Positions 1 through 10,800 of a stretch of 64,000 nt of DNA are shown one piece after another. The translations under genes and the position numbers were made by a program. The notes beneath the pieces were generated by a model. That model ran no database searches. It was not told the origin of the DNA and worked only from the letters and a program-made list of their open reading frames with translations. Source of the DNA: Macrostomum lignano (taxonomy: Eukaryota); NCBI GenBank assembly GCA_002269645.1, contig NIVC01001338.1, positions 1 through 64,000 of the forward strand. Direction: 5' to 3'. Position 1 is the first letter of the stretch. Each line of letters opens with the position of its first letter.

Positions 1-146
1 CTGAAGCTCTAGCCCTTCGGTAGATGAAACTGAAGGCTCTAGCCCATTCGGTAGAGAAACCGCAGTTCAAGTTCTTTGCCGGGGGATCCTGTGAGTTCTA
101 GTCCTGATTATCCAATACGCTCGTAGACGAGTAACTACAATCCCAG

Positions 147-2298
147 CTAGAGGATGCATAATACTGGAAAAGCTTTCAGTGTCGTCATTTTTCCTGGAAT
201 TATAAGTACTCGTAGCAAAACATGCAGTATTTAGAAAGTAGAGAAACAATTACCTTTGCACTGATCCTTTGACTTCCTTGAAGCGCCAGCCGCATGCAAA
301 GCTTCGCAAGCTTCGTTGGAAGCGCACAGACCGCGCAGGCAGTGAGGCAACTCAGCGGAGCAAGCGCTGCATGCAGATCCCACAGTGTAGGCCCTGCTTT
401 TGTTGCTGCCTGCACCTGGGCCCAGCTCACCGTAGTTGCAGACCAACAAGTAGGCAAACTGCCGGCTGTCTCCGCCGCTGCCACGCTGCAGTCTCTCAAG
501 TCGCAGCCGACGTACCGAGCGGTACCGGACACCAGATAACGGATTCCTGCGCAGCTGTTGCCATGACGACCGGCTCGTTTACACCGTCCAGTAGCGGCGT
601 CAAACATCCGTCGCTGGTCCCACCAAGCCGCCGCCAAAATCTGCGGATCGGCCAGCCAATCAGCGGCCGTGCTTTGGCCCACGTGACCTTGCAGGCCGGG
701 CACGGCTCGGTTCGCCGGCGAGTCCGTCTGGCCCGCCGTGCACTGGGCGGCCCAGTCGGAGGCGGTGGCCGCCAGGTGATCGTCCCACTCCTGTTGCAGA
801 GCGGATGTGGGGCTTGTGCGTGGGAGTGTGTCATCGCAGTCGTTAAATAGATCTTTGAATCGAGCTTTAATTGTTTGGCGGGTGAGTTCATTTTAGTTCA
901 CGAGTTCATGAGTTCATGAGTTCACGAGTTCACGAGTTCACGAGTTCATGAGTTCATGAGTTCATGAGTTCACGAGTTCATGAGTTCACGAGTTCATGAG
1001 TTCATGAGTTCATGAGTTCATGAGTGAGTTCATGAGTTCATGAGTTCATGAGTGAGTTCATGAGTGAGTTCATAAGTGAGTTCATGAGTGAGTTCATGAG
1101 TGAGTTCATAAGTGAGTTCATGAGTGAGTTCATGAGTGAGTTCATGAGTGAGTTCATGAGTTCATGAGTGTGTGAATGAGTGAGTGAGTAAGTGAGTGTG
1201 TGAGTGAGTGAGTTCATGAGTGAGTTCATGAGTGAGTTCATGAGTGAGTTCATGAGTTCATGAGTTCATGAGTGTGTGAATGAGTGAGTGAGTGAGTGAG
1301 TGAGTGAGTGAGTTAGTTAGTGAGTGAGTGAGTGAGTGAGTGAATGAGTTAGCGAGTGAGTGAGTGAGTGAGTGAGTGAATGAGTTAGCGAGTGAGTGAG
1401 TGAGTGAGTGAGTGAGTGAGTGAGTGAGTGAGTGAGTGAATGAGTTAGCGAGTGAGTGAGTGAGTGAGTTAGTGAGTGAGTGAGTGAGTGAGTGAGTGAG
1501 TGAGTGAGTGAGTGAGTGAGTGAGTGAGTGAGTGAGTGTGAGTGAGTTAGTTAGTGAGTGAGTGAGTGAGTGAGTGAGTGAGTGAGTTAGTTAGTGAGTG
1601 AGTGAGTGAGTGAGTGAGTGAGTGAGTGAGTGAGTGAGTGAGTGAGTGAGTGAGTGAGTGAGTGAGTGAGTGAGTGAGTGAGTGAGTGAGTGAGTGAGTG
1701 AGTGAGTGAGTGAGTGAGTGAGTGAGTGAGCGATTGAGTGAGTGAGTGAGTGAGTGAGTGAGTGAGTGAGTGAGTGAGTGAGTGAGTGAGTGAGTGAGTG
1801 AGTGAGCGATTGAGTGAGTGAGTGAGTGAGTGAATGCAGTTATCAATGCCTAGGCCTCACCAAAAGAGCCATGTTGGCAGCCGGTGGCAACTTGTCATCG
1901 CGTCCAGTGCAATCCCGAGCGCATCCGATTGTGCCAATCCAACAGCTGCTGCTTGATCCGCGCTGTCAGCACCGACTTGCCCAGTCGCGGTGGCACCAGC
2001 AGGTGCTTATTTCGCGAATCTTTGAACACGTGGGCGCCTCTCCGGCTTGAGCTTGAGCCAGTGCACTGAAGAGCTGCGCTGCGATGCCCAAATCGTCGCT
2101 CCCGGAGTCGCCGTCAGTACCAGCAGCGCCAACTGCAGCTGACGCCAGAGCCGCCGAAGCCATGGCATTCATCATAGCGTGCGGATCCTGCAGTGAGGAT
2201 TCCACCGCATCTGCTGAGCCTAATAAAGCGGTCAGGATCAGACTAGCTAGCAGTAGCACCCAGGCTGAGGTGCTTCCAGTATCTGAACTGGTTGCCAT
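147..2298 (-). CDS. Secreted CAP/SCP (CRISP/antigen 5/PR-1, venom-allergen-like) domain protein; 3 exons; four 1-nt frameshifts in this sequence
   Basis: Exons 2298-1861, 790-254, 193-147 with GT-AG boundaries (ttg|gtgagg, aacag|gag, aaag|gtaatt, ttccag|g). Signal-peptide-like N-terminus WVLLLASLILTALLGSADA. CAP motifs are split across frames: LTARIKQQLLDWHNRMRS, LPPAANMALL|EWDDHLAATASDWAAQC, AWWDQ, RYVGC, AYLLVCNYG, YTVGSACSAC...C..GLC. Continuity needs one extra base each near 2011, 1910, 1904 and 484. Confidence 0.85.
891..1835. repeat. (GAGTTCAT)n grading into (GAGT)n microsatellite in CAP intron 1
   Basis: Directly visible. Explains the MNSL/THSL pseudo-ORFs. Confidence 0.97.
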
Positions 2299-3547
2299 AG
2301 CTATAGATTACGTTATGCGTTAATCCAGTGGCAAAAGCGGATCAGTAATCCGTAAGCAGATTTTGGAGTTATAGCTGTTAGAAATATTTCTATTTTTGGG
2401 TTTTATACAATTTTTATTTGTTTTGGCAGGTGTTCTTTTTACCGTATTTAATACACCAATTCGATAACTAATAGCCATATGATTTAATGAGCCCTAGCGC
2501 GTATTCCTGTCATACCCGTGTCGTTAGCTTGCTGAGCTAAATTTATTACATATACATGTAGGTAAGGTATACTGCAATTTCTACATTCGGCAGTTGGAAA
2601 TGCACCTGCAATATAGTAGATCTAGAGAGAGATCTAGAGAGAGTTCCGACGGCTATTGACTTTGATGACAGACGTGTATGTACTCTTACATTGCACCGAC
2701 GTTCAGCCGATGTAGGACGTCGTTATCCGTAATAATAATATCCGCTTCACGTATTTCATGTAAGTGGGTACATGATGACTATCCACAAGCCAGAGGTTGC
2801 ACAGAGCCCATTGAAACCTGCAAACCTAGCTGGGTGCTCGTGCTGCACATGCATGGTGACCAAGAACATATAGTCAGAGTACATGTATGCTACAATCGTT
2901 CAAGGGGCCATCAGGGTTACTATACATGTAAGTGACTCCGAGTTAGCTGTTTCCCAATAATCCCACAATGACTAAAACAATTGCGAATAATTGTCGAACA
3001 TATTTTGTGGGGGCGAAACGGAATTACGAGTACTTGCAGTGCAGCAGTGTGTGCTGCATAAATTCTGATGGAATTTGGTTCGAGAAATTTTCTCGATCCG
3101 ATTTGTCGACGTCATTTTTCCACTATAAAACAATAAAAGCAATAAAATATATTTGAAATAGTCAAAGTATTATTATTATTAATATTGCCAGAGTTTTTTG
3201 ATATATCCAGGAGAAAACAAAGACAAAAAGACAAAATCACGAGTGTAAGACTGACAAACATGATAATTAATTCGACGACTGCGCATTCATTTTTCTACCA
3301 TGCAAATTCTGTTTTTGGAATCGGAATTCTAGTTCTGAAACCAATCTTTGTGAAAAGCCAAAAAGTACCAACTATTTAACTATTATCAAAATTCAAAAGA
3401 ATCAATGTGGAACTTTTCCAAGGACGAGCTAAGAGTTGTTTGTAAAGGAGAATTTGATGACGAAATTAAATATTTGCAAAATAATATTGTCGGCCGATTA
3501 AATGATACCAAAATTCGAAAGAACCGTTCTTGTGCGGTCACTGCATG

Positions 3548-3966
3548 GTCAGATCGTCATATTCCATTTCGTCATATCGGATGACGAAGTGAACAGAAGC
3601 AAAGTAGCTTGAAAAATAATATGACGAAGTGACCAAATATTTAGTTATGCTGGATACTTCTTCATCAATCAATTAATCTGTTTGAGATTCGAGTTAGTAT
3701 AAACCATTTTTATTAACTATTAAGCTGCGGCAAGCAGAACCGATCGATCGACAGGTTTTATCAATCGAGATGACAAAATGACTGGGATCATTAGGATTTC
3801 AAGTAAATATGTTTGATTGCCACGTTAATTCACTTGAAGTTGGAACTATTGGACTGGAAAAATGACTCTCTTCAGGTAGTGCATGCTAATTAAGATGACG
3901 AAGTGACCAAAGTCGAGGTGAGCACCCCAGACACCCAGATGACGAAATGGCAGATGACGAAATGAC
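3548..3966. mobile_element. Possible MITE-like non-autonomous element
   Basis: Imperfect terminal inverted repeats: 3548-3575 gtcagatcgtcatattccatttcgtcat vs the reverse complement of 3939-3966 gtcatttcgtcatctgccatttcgtcat (24/28). Internal ATGACGAAGTGA(C/A) copies at ~3581, 3621 and 3896. No clear TSD. Confidence 0.35.
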
Positions 3967-6900
3967 TAGGAACCTCTTGTGCTGCATACACGAGTTTCCG
4001 CGACAAGCTCCAAGGTTTAACAGCACATTAACTCGTTTTTGTGCTCGAATGCACGTGTACCGTGTACAATAAATATAATACCATTCAGTATAAAACGAAA
4101 ACAAAAACCGCACAAATACTGTGGACTTAAAAGCAACAAAAAGTTATTTAATGTTGTTTAAGACTTGCAAACTTGCAATTAGTTTTGTTTTTGTTGCTTT
4201 AAACGATATGAAACATAGTCTTTTTGTTTTAACGTAAAACTTTTTTAATGTAAATCCAAAAAAGAAAAAAAGGAGAATAAAATAATAATTTACTATACTA
4301 TAATACTTAATTCTAACACTATGTCACTAACATAGATTTGAGATTTGAGAAGCGGGAGAAGCCTTATTTTTTACTTGAGTCAATTAATAGTACTGGCTAC
4401 GTTACTTTAAGTTCAGTATATATTACGATTTAAAATACTTTTAAAGGAAAATTCATGGTTTCTTCTTTAATTATAATTCAACTGACAGTGACGATGTTTA
4501 CTTAGTAACTTACTTAGGCTTAGCTTATTAGGCCTACCTCAAGTCGTATCTCGACCAGGTCTACCCCATGGTCAATAAAAAGAAGCATAAGCAAAAATTT
4601 TTTTCACATACAGTAGGCTTACTACCGAAAACTATTGAGCATAGATTCCCAAGATCCAAGCAAGGAAGTAATTGGCAAATTAGGCCTAGGCCTAGGTCCT
4701 AAGCATTTAATTTATAAGCCCTAAAGTAAACACCTAATAAGACCTACCTTTGGCTTAGCTTTATAAATATAAACTATAACGACTGTATTATGCTGGGGTG
4801 TGTGAAATGGTAGGGCCTATGACAAGCAAAAAGTAAATGTGTATAGGATTACCAGTCCAGGGCAAAAACTATTGTAAATTCGTTTTAAAGACCTACTAAA
4901 GGCTACCAAAATTTTAAACTAAGCAATGCCTTAAGTTAAACAGAATGTAGGCCTAGTAGGCCCTATAAGCCGAAATAGTACAGGCCCATAGTCAGGATCA
5001 TGTCTAACTAGGCCTAGCATTGGCACTGTGTAGGCTAGGCCTACATGATTTTTTTAGAAAACAATATATATGCTGATATGCAGTGTTCTTATGTTCTAAT
5101 CTAAGTAGGCCTAAATATTTTACTATGATAAATCATATTAAAATTTCGTCAATTTATTTGTAATATAAGCTAAAATTTATGGAGTCATTTTTGTAATATT
5201 GCTAATTTTTTTATTAAATTACTAAAAAATAGCCATATGAAGTCTAAAATATAGATGATAAAAATATTCTAAATGAAAAACAGTTGTAATTTTGTATTGG
5301 AAAAGTAAAAACATATTTAAATTTTTTAAAGTATAATCAAGATTTTTACTTTTATGTTTTTATATTTGATATGCAACTGCATTTTAACATAGTGTATGTG
5401 TAGTTTATACTATATTCCTCTATTTATTGAAGGTCAGGATTGTATTGTATACTAGTATACAATATTGTTTCCTTAGTTCATTTATTCTAATATATATTGA
5501 TAGACTTCTATTATATTATATAAAAATACTTCAAATCAAAAACTAAAAATTTTGACAAATAGTTATGGCTTACAAAATTTTAAGATTAAAAAAATGATTA
5601 ATAAATATTGGTTTTTTATTTCAATTTAGCTATTTTAATTAGGGGCCTATGTATATATACTAAATATATATATTGATTGGGACTTGGAACTTTGGTCCTA
5701 CTTACAACTTCACAATCTTTATATGCCAAGCTATATATTAAAAGGGCATATCAGTCCCCTCTGTACATCAAGTTGTATATCAATTATATACTCAAGGTCC
5801 TTCTGTATGCCAGAATTTTCTAGTATATATGTATACCACCAGAAGTCTAGTGCTACATTGCAACCTTACTATGCACCAAACTATTAATCTAAAAAAACTT
5901 TCATACATTATAATTTATTTGACAAAATGATATCATCTTGAGTATGGGTTTAAGCTAGGGATTGACAAATTGGCAAATATAGCCTATGATGCCTTCAAGT
6001 CTGGCCCACAGTATCCTTACTATTTATCAATTTAAAAATGGCCTGCAAATCAATTTTATGTTGAAACATTTATCTTTACAAGTAAAATTAGCTTTCACCC
6101 TATTATTCCTATATCAGTTTTACTTTTAATTGTTGGGTTGTTGGTTTTATTTGGTCTAATCATCTAAAATTGTTATAGCCATAATTTGCATATTTTTTGG
6201 CTTGCTGCTTCAGCCTAGTTTTCCAATCTGGCCTACATTGAAAAATATTTGCTAGGGGCCTAATCCCTGGTTTAAGCCTACATAAAAGCTAAGCTAGGCT
6301 AGGTCTAGTTTAAATTAAGCTAAGAATTGTTACATTATAATAATTTATATTTATAGTCTAAGGCATAGTCATTTAGACTTTAGTATTATTATTAATTTAG
6401 TATAAAAATTTTATATACAAATTTCTATCTTTTCATGATTATGTTATTTATCTAATCTAATAATTAAAAAAATAAAATGATACATTTTTCCTTAGAAATC
6501 ATCTATGCCTTTGCACATTTAGCCTTTTATATTCATTTATAGCTTTTTGAAATTAATTGCAAAAAAATTGGATATCTAAGTAATGTACTAACTGTTATAA
6601 AACCATAAGGGGTTGAGTAAGATTTTTGTATAAAAAGATGCATATATTTGTATTCTATTATATTATCTAAATCTTATTAAGAGGTTTTCAGAAATATTTA
6701 GTTCATAAAAAATCTTATAATATAAAATTATAAATAATAATGATGTATAAGTGAAAATTGAATGTATTTCAATCTCTCAACATTTACAAATTCAATATAT
6801 ACTTTATATCTATGCCATAATAATAAATTTTGTTTTAATAAATACTTTTCAACAATTGCTTTGCTATAAAGTATTCTTTATCCTTTTGAATGGTGTCATA

Positions 6901-8508
6901 TTTGCAAAATATTCTTTGTCTTCATTTTTTTGATTGACATTTGTTGTATCCAAATTTGATAGCAATCTAATGTATATGACCTTGTTATTAGGAGGTAATG
7001 TTTAAATCACTGCATAAAAGTGGAGGGAGGGACAGTAATGTCTGCATCCTTTATAGTATATTTCATTGTTTGTAGTATATATACACTTTTGGGCTAAGCC
7101 TACTAAATATATCTATATAATGTCACTTATTTAGTTTAAAACAAATATAATTTATAGTAGTTAAAGTTTAGTGAAAATTTAAAAAGGAAATAATTAGTTT
7201 TTTGACAAATTAAAAGCAATCTTTATAATCTATATAATTTACCTTGTTTATAAAAAATCTTGGTCATAGTTAAAGGTTATTTGAATCTTTGATTTTTTAA
7301 ATTTTCATTAACTTTCTATAAAACTACTGTTAAAAATTAATAATTTGTTTATATGTAGCAACTTGTTCAAGCTTTCATTGAAGGTGGTATACTATTCTAG
7401 TATATATTATTGTATGTGTTATTCTAGAATATAGGTTATTATGCTTTAAAATTTGTTATTAGACAATGCAATATAAATCAAAGTGAAACAACAAGATTCT
7501 TAACTATTTTCTAGTTTTCTTAGTCTATCTTAGTCTTTTGCCTTATTGTTTAAAAACTTAATCTGCATTTAGAATTGCAAGCAAACATTGTTAAGTCAAA
7601 TTTATAAAGTTTGCAAGTATGTATATTTCATTTTATAGATTGTTTAAATCTGAAAATTTAGTCTTTAAGGCAAAGAACCAACAATTGTATAACTATTGAC
7701 AATAAAATATAAATTATTGATAAAAATATGAATTTTAAATTAAATGGTATCCAAGGTTTATATAAATAAAAAACTTAAATATAGTTAATATCATTTCATA
7801 TACTTTTTTTAGAAAACACAATCATAAAAAGTTGTTGGAGTACTTTAAGTATGTACTAGCAATCGAGACCCCCATTGTGGAGGCAACAAAGAATAAAACA
7901 GAATTAAATAAACTATTTGTTTTCTGACCTCTTAGCCTCAACATCTTGGCCATTCTCCCTACAAGCCTTGACATCTCAGCAATTAAAAGGAATAGTGCAA
8001 GGAAGCAAAAAAGAAATTGCAAAACAAGACAAAAAGCAAAGCAATGAAATTAAAAACAAGTGAGTTGCTAGTGTTATTATAGCTTGCTGAATGTTTCTTT
8101 GAGATATTTATTGCATAGATTAATAGTGAAAAAAGAATTTATTAAGAGCCTTATAAGGGCCACTCTTAATTTTTTGCTTGCCATTCTACAAGTCATATAA
8201 ATGTGGTATTATATGAGCCGTAAGTTATGAATTGCTTTTTGAATTTTAAAGTTAACATTGTAAATTTGAAATCAAGTATAAAATTTTATAGTAATTTTTA
8301 TAAAATGATACCAGTAAGAAGATGAATAATTATTAGATGTGAAGGCACAAAATCGCACACAAAATCGCATGCCCAAATGCAATTTTGCTGCCCAAGTCAA
8401 CTAGGCTACAACTGGGGGAATTCGTCAATTTTCTATTTCTAAAGCACCCAATTGTTGCTGGCTGTCAATTTCGCTGGGCCTATTGACTCGCGCCAGCTAG
8501 CCAAGAAC

Positions 8509-10800
8509 ATGGACAACATTGTGAGCATACCGGTGAACCTGTTCACCTACTCCCGATTCATCGAGTCCAAACAGCTGCTCAGCCTGCAGAATGCCAGCGA
8601 CGATGACTTCTTATTGTTGCTATTGGATCACGTTGGCAACTGTGAGCTGCATTCCAATGGCGCCGGCGCGCCAACTTCTGTATCGGCGCCACCACTATCG
8701 GCGCTGGATCATTTTAGTAGCGCCGCTACCGGACAGCAGCAACAGCAGGATTCTTCTGTGCAGCAACAGCAGCCGCAGCCCCAGCATCAGCAACCGCAAG
8801 CGCAGCACGACCAACAACAGCAGCAATTGTCAAAATCATCTTCATCAGTGAAATCCGAACAGGATTATCAGCGCCCGATGATTAATCCGTTCTCAGATCC
8901 GGGCGGAGCCGTGCTGACCCCCAGCCCGCCGTCACGGCCGACCCTCGCCTGCCAGATCTGCGGCTACGCCTGCTCTGACGAGAAAGACTTCAACTTGCAC
9001 CTGACTAATCATATTAGCCAGTTCAGCCACATCATGTACCATCAGATCCAGTGCGATCGCTGCGGACTGAAGTGTCTGTCCCAGGACCTTCTGCAGCAGC
9101 ACATGGCCGAGGCTCACGGCAGTCCGCCCAGTCACGTTGGCAGCGCCTGCAGCGGCGGCAGCGGCGCCAGCAACAATGGCCACGGAGGCGGCAGCAGCAG
9201 CCAAGGCGGCGGCGGCGGTGGCAGCGGCGAGCGCCGATTCCAATGCGAATTCTGCGGCGCCAGGTTTAAACAGCAGCGCATCCTGCGCCAGCATCTTGAC
9301 GGCATGCACGCCGCCGCCGTGGCCGCTGCCGCCGCCGCTGCCGCCGCTGCTGGCACCGCCAGATCGTCGGATTCGTCGCACACTCCGCCGCAGCTGACGG
9401 CTGTCTCAGCTGGCGATCATCTCCAGCAGCATCGGCAGCAGCAGCAGCACCATCAGCAGCAGCTGTCTCAGTCCTCAGCTTCGCCAGCCTCCGGCGGACC
9501 CGCCGCTGCCTCAAGTGACCTGTCGCCGCTGCACCGTTGTCAGAAGTGCGACACCCTGTTTGTTAGCGTCTCGGGCCTTGCCGATCACGTCTGCTCGCAG
9601 CAGCCCGGCCAGCAGCAGCAGCAGCACCATCACCAGCAGCAGCATCACCATCAGCATCCTGGCCAGCATCATCAGCAGCACCATCATCAGCCGCATCATC
9701 AATCTTCCACTGTGCAGCACCACCCGCAGCCGCAGCACATGCACCAGCATCATCATCACATGCAGCAGCATCAGCAGCACCATCATCAGATGATGTCTAG
9801 CGGTGGTGGTCAGGGTATGGATCACCAGCACCATCAGCAGCAGCACCAACAGCAGCCGCAGCAACACCATCCAAGTCAGCAGCAACAGCAGCAGCAGCAG
9901 CAATTAAAGCAGCACGCCTGCCCGGAATGCAGCAAGCTGTTCCGCACCAAGACTCTGCTAGACCAGCACATGCACCTGCACCGGCCGCCAGCCTATCAGT
10001 GCCGCTATTGTCAGCGCAAATTCCGCTGGCCGCCAGTTTATTATCAGCACCAGCGCCAGTGCAAGCTCAACCCCAATCCCGAGGCCAGGCGTTCCGCTGG
10101 CGAGGGTGGCGGTGGCCGGCGTCGCGGCGGCGGCAGCCACGCTGGCAGCAACGGAGGCGGCAGCGGCGGCATCAACGGTCAGCCTCAGCAGCAGCAGCTG
10201 CACAATCTGCATCACCAGCAGCAGCATCTTCATCATCAGCAGCAGCAGCAGCTGCCTCCGCTACTGCTTGACAGCAGCGGCGAGAGCAGCCAGTCCTCCG
10301 CTCTGGTGGCTGCCGCAGCTGCCGCGGCCGCTGCCGCAGCTGTTGCGTCTTCGTCTGGCTCAATGAATAACCATCTGGCGCCTCCGCAGCCGCCGCAGCA
10401 GCAGCAGCCGCCCTCAATGGGCACCGGCTATGTGTGTCCTCAGTGCAACAATTCTTACAGCTCCAAGCTGTCCCTCAAGCAGCACATCGAAGGCATGCAC
10501 AGCGTTGAAGGTCGCTACGAATGCGAAGGCTGCAAGAAACGGTTCAGATGGGGCGCGTCGTATTATTGTCACAAGAAGACTTGCTCGGCTTATCGGGCCC
10601 TGCAGTCGGACTCGATGCAGCAACAGCAGCAGCCGATGCACCGGCCACCGCAGCAGCAGCAGCAACAGCAGCTCATGTCTCCTATGCAGCAGGAATCTCC
10701 CCAGCACATGCCGCCTTTGCCGCCGCCACCTCCGCCGCCTCCGCCGCCAGTCTCAGCTGAGGCGTCGCCATTCGAGTCGCAACAATCGACAGAAGCCTGA
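8509..10800 (+). CDS. Multi-zinc-finger transcription factor-like protein (5 C2H2 + 3 C2HC fingers, Q/H/A/G-rich linkers)
   Basis: Uninterrupted ORF; first ATG at 8509 (the track starts at a TTG). Fingers: CQICG..HLTNH, CDRCG..HMAEAH, CEFCG..HLDGMH, CQKC..HVC, CPEC..HMHLH, CRYC..HQRQC, CPQC..HIEGMH, CEGC..HKKTC. Candidate acceptor tttctaaag| at 8444; AATAAA near 11128. Confidence 0.93.
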   Translation: MDNIVSIPVNLFTYSRFIESKQLLSLQNASDDDFLLLLLDHVGNCELHSNGAGAPTSVSAPPLSALDHFSSAATGQQQQQDSSVQQQQPQPQHQQPQAQHDQQQQQLSKSSSSVKSEQDYQRPMINPFSDPGGAVLTPSPPSRPTLACQICGYACSDEKDFNLHLTNHISQFSHIMYHQIQCDRCGLKCLSQDLLQQHMAEAHGSPPSHVGSACSGGSGASNNGHGGGSSSQGGGGGGSGERRFQCEFCGARFKQQRILRQHLDGMHAAAVAAAAAAAAAAGTARSSDSSHTPPQLTAVSAGDHLQQHRQQQQHHQQQLSQSSASPASGGPAAASSDLSPLHRCQKCDTLFVSVSGLADHVCSQQPGQQQQQHHHQQQHHHQHPGQHHQQHHHQPHHQSSTVQHHPQPQHMHQHHHHMQQHQQHHHQMMSSGGGQGMDHQHHQQQHQQQPQQHHPSQQQQQQQQQLKQHACPECSKLFRTKTLLDQHMHLHRPPAYQCRYCQRKFRWPPVYYQHQRQCKLNPNPEARRSAGEGGGGRRRGGGSHAGSNGGGSGGINGQPQQQQLHNLHHQQQHLHHQQQQQLPPLLLDSSGESSQSSALVAAAAAAAAAAAVASSSGSMNNHLAPPQPPQQQQPPSMGTGYVCPQCNNSYSSKLSLKQHIEGMHSVEGRYECEGCKKRFRWGASYYCHKKTCSAYRALQSDSMQQQQQPMHRPPQQQQQQQLMSPMQQESPQHMPPLPPPPPPPPPPVSAEASPFESQQSTEA

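Noticed and set aside
1-60. Two ~30-bp imperfect direct repeats at the window edge
   Set aside because: Probably the end of a minisatellite outside the window. Too little sequence to interpret.
7820-8060. Short protein-like frames followed by a donor-like CAA|GTGAGT at ~8060
   Set aside because: Frames are interrupted by stops and resemble no family I know. More likely a 5' UTR exon of the zinc-finger gene, but not supportable without transcripts.
8452-8508. N-terminal extension of the zinc-finger ORF given in the track
   Set aside because: Begins at TTG just after a splice acceptor. The first ATG is at 8509.
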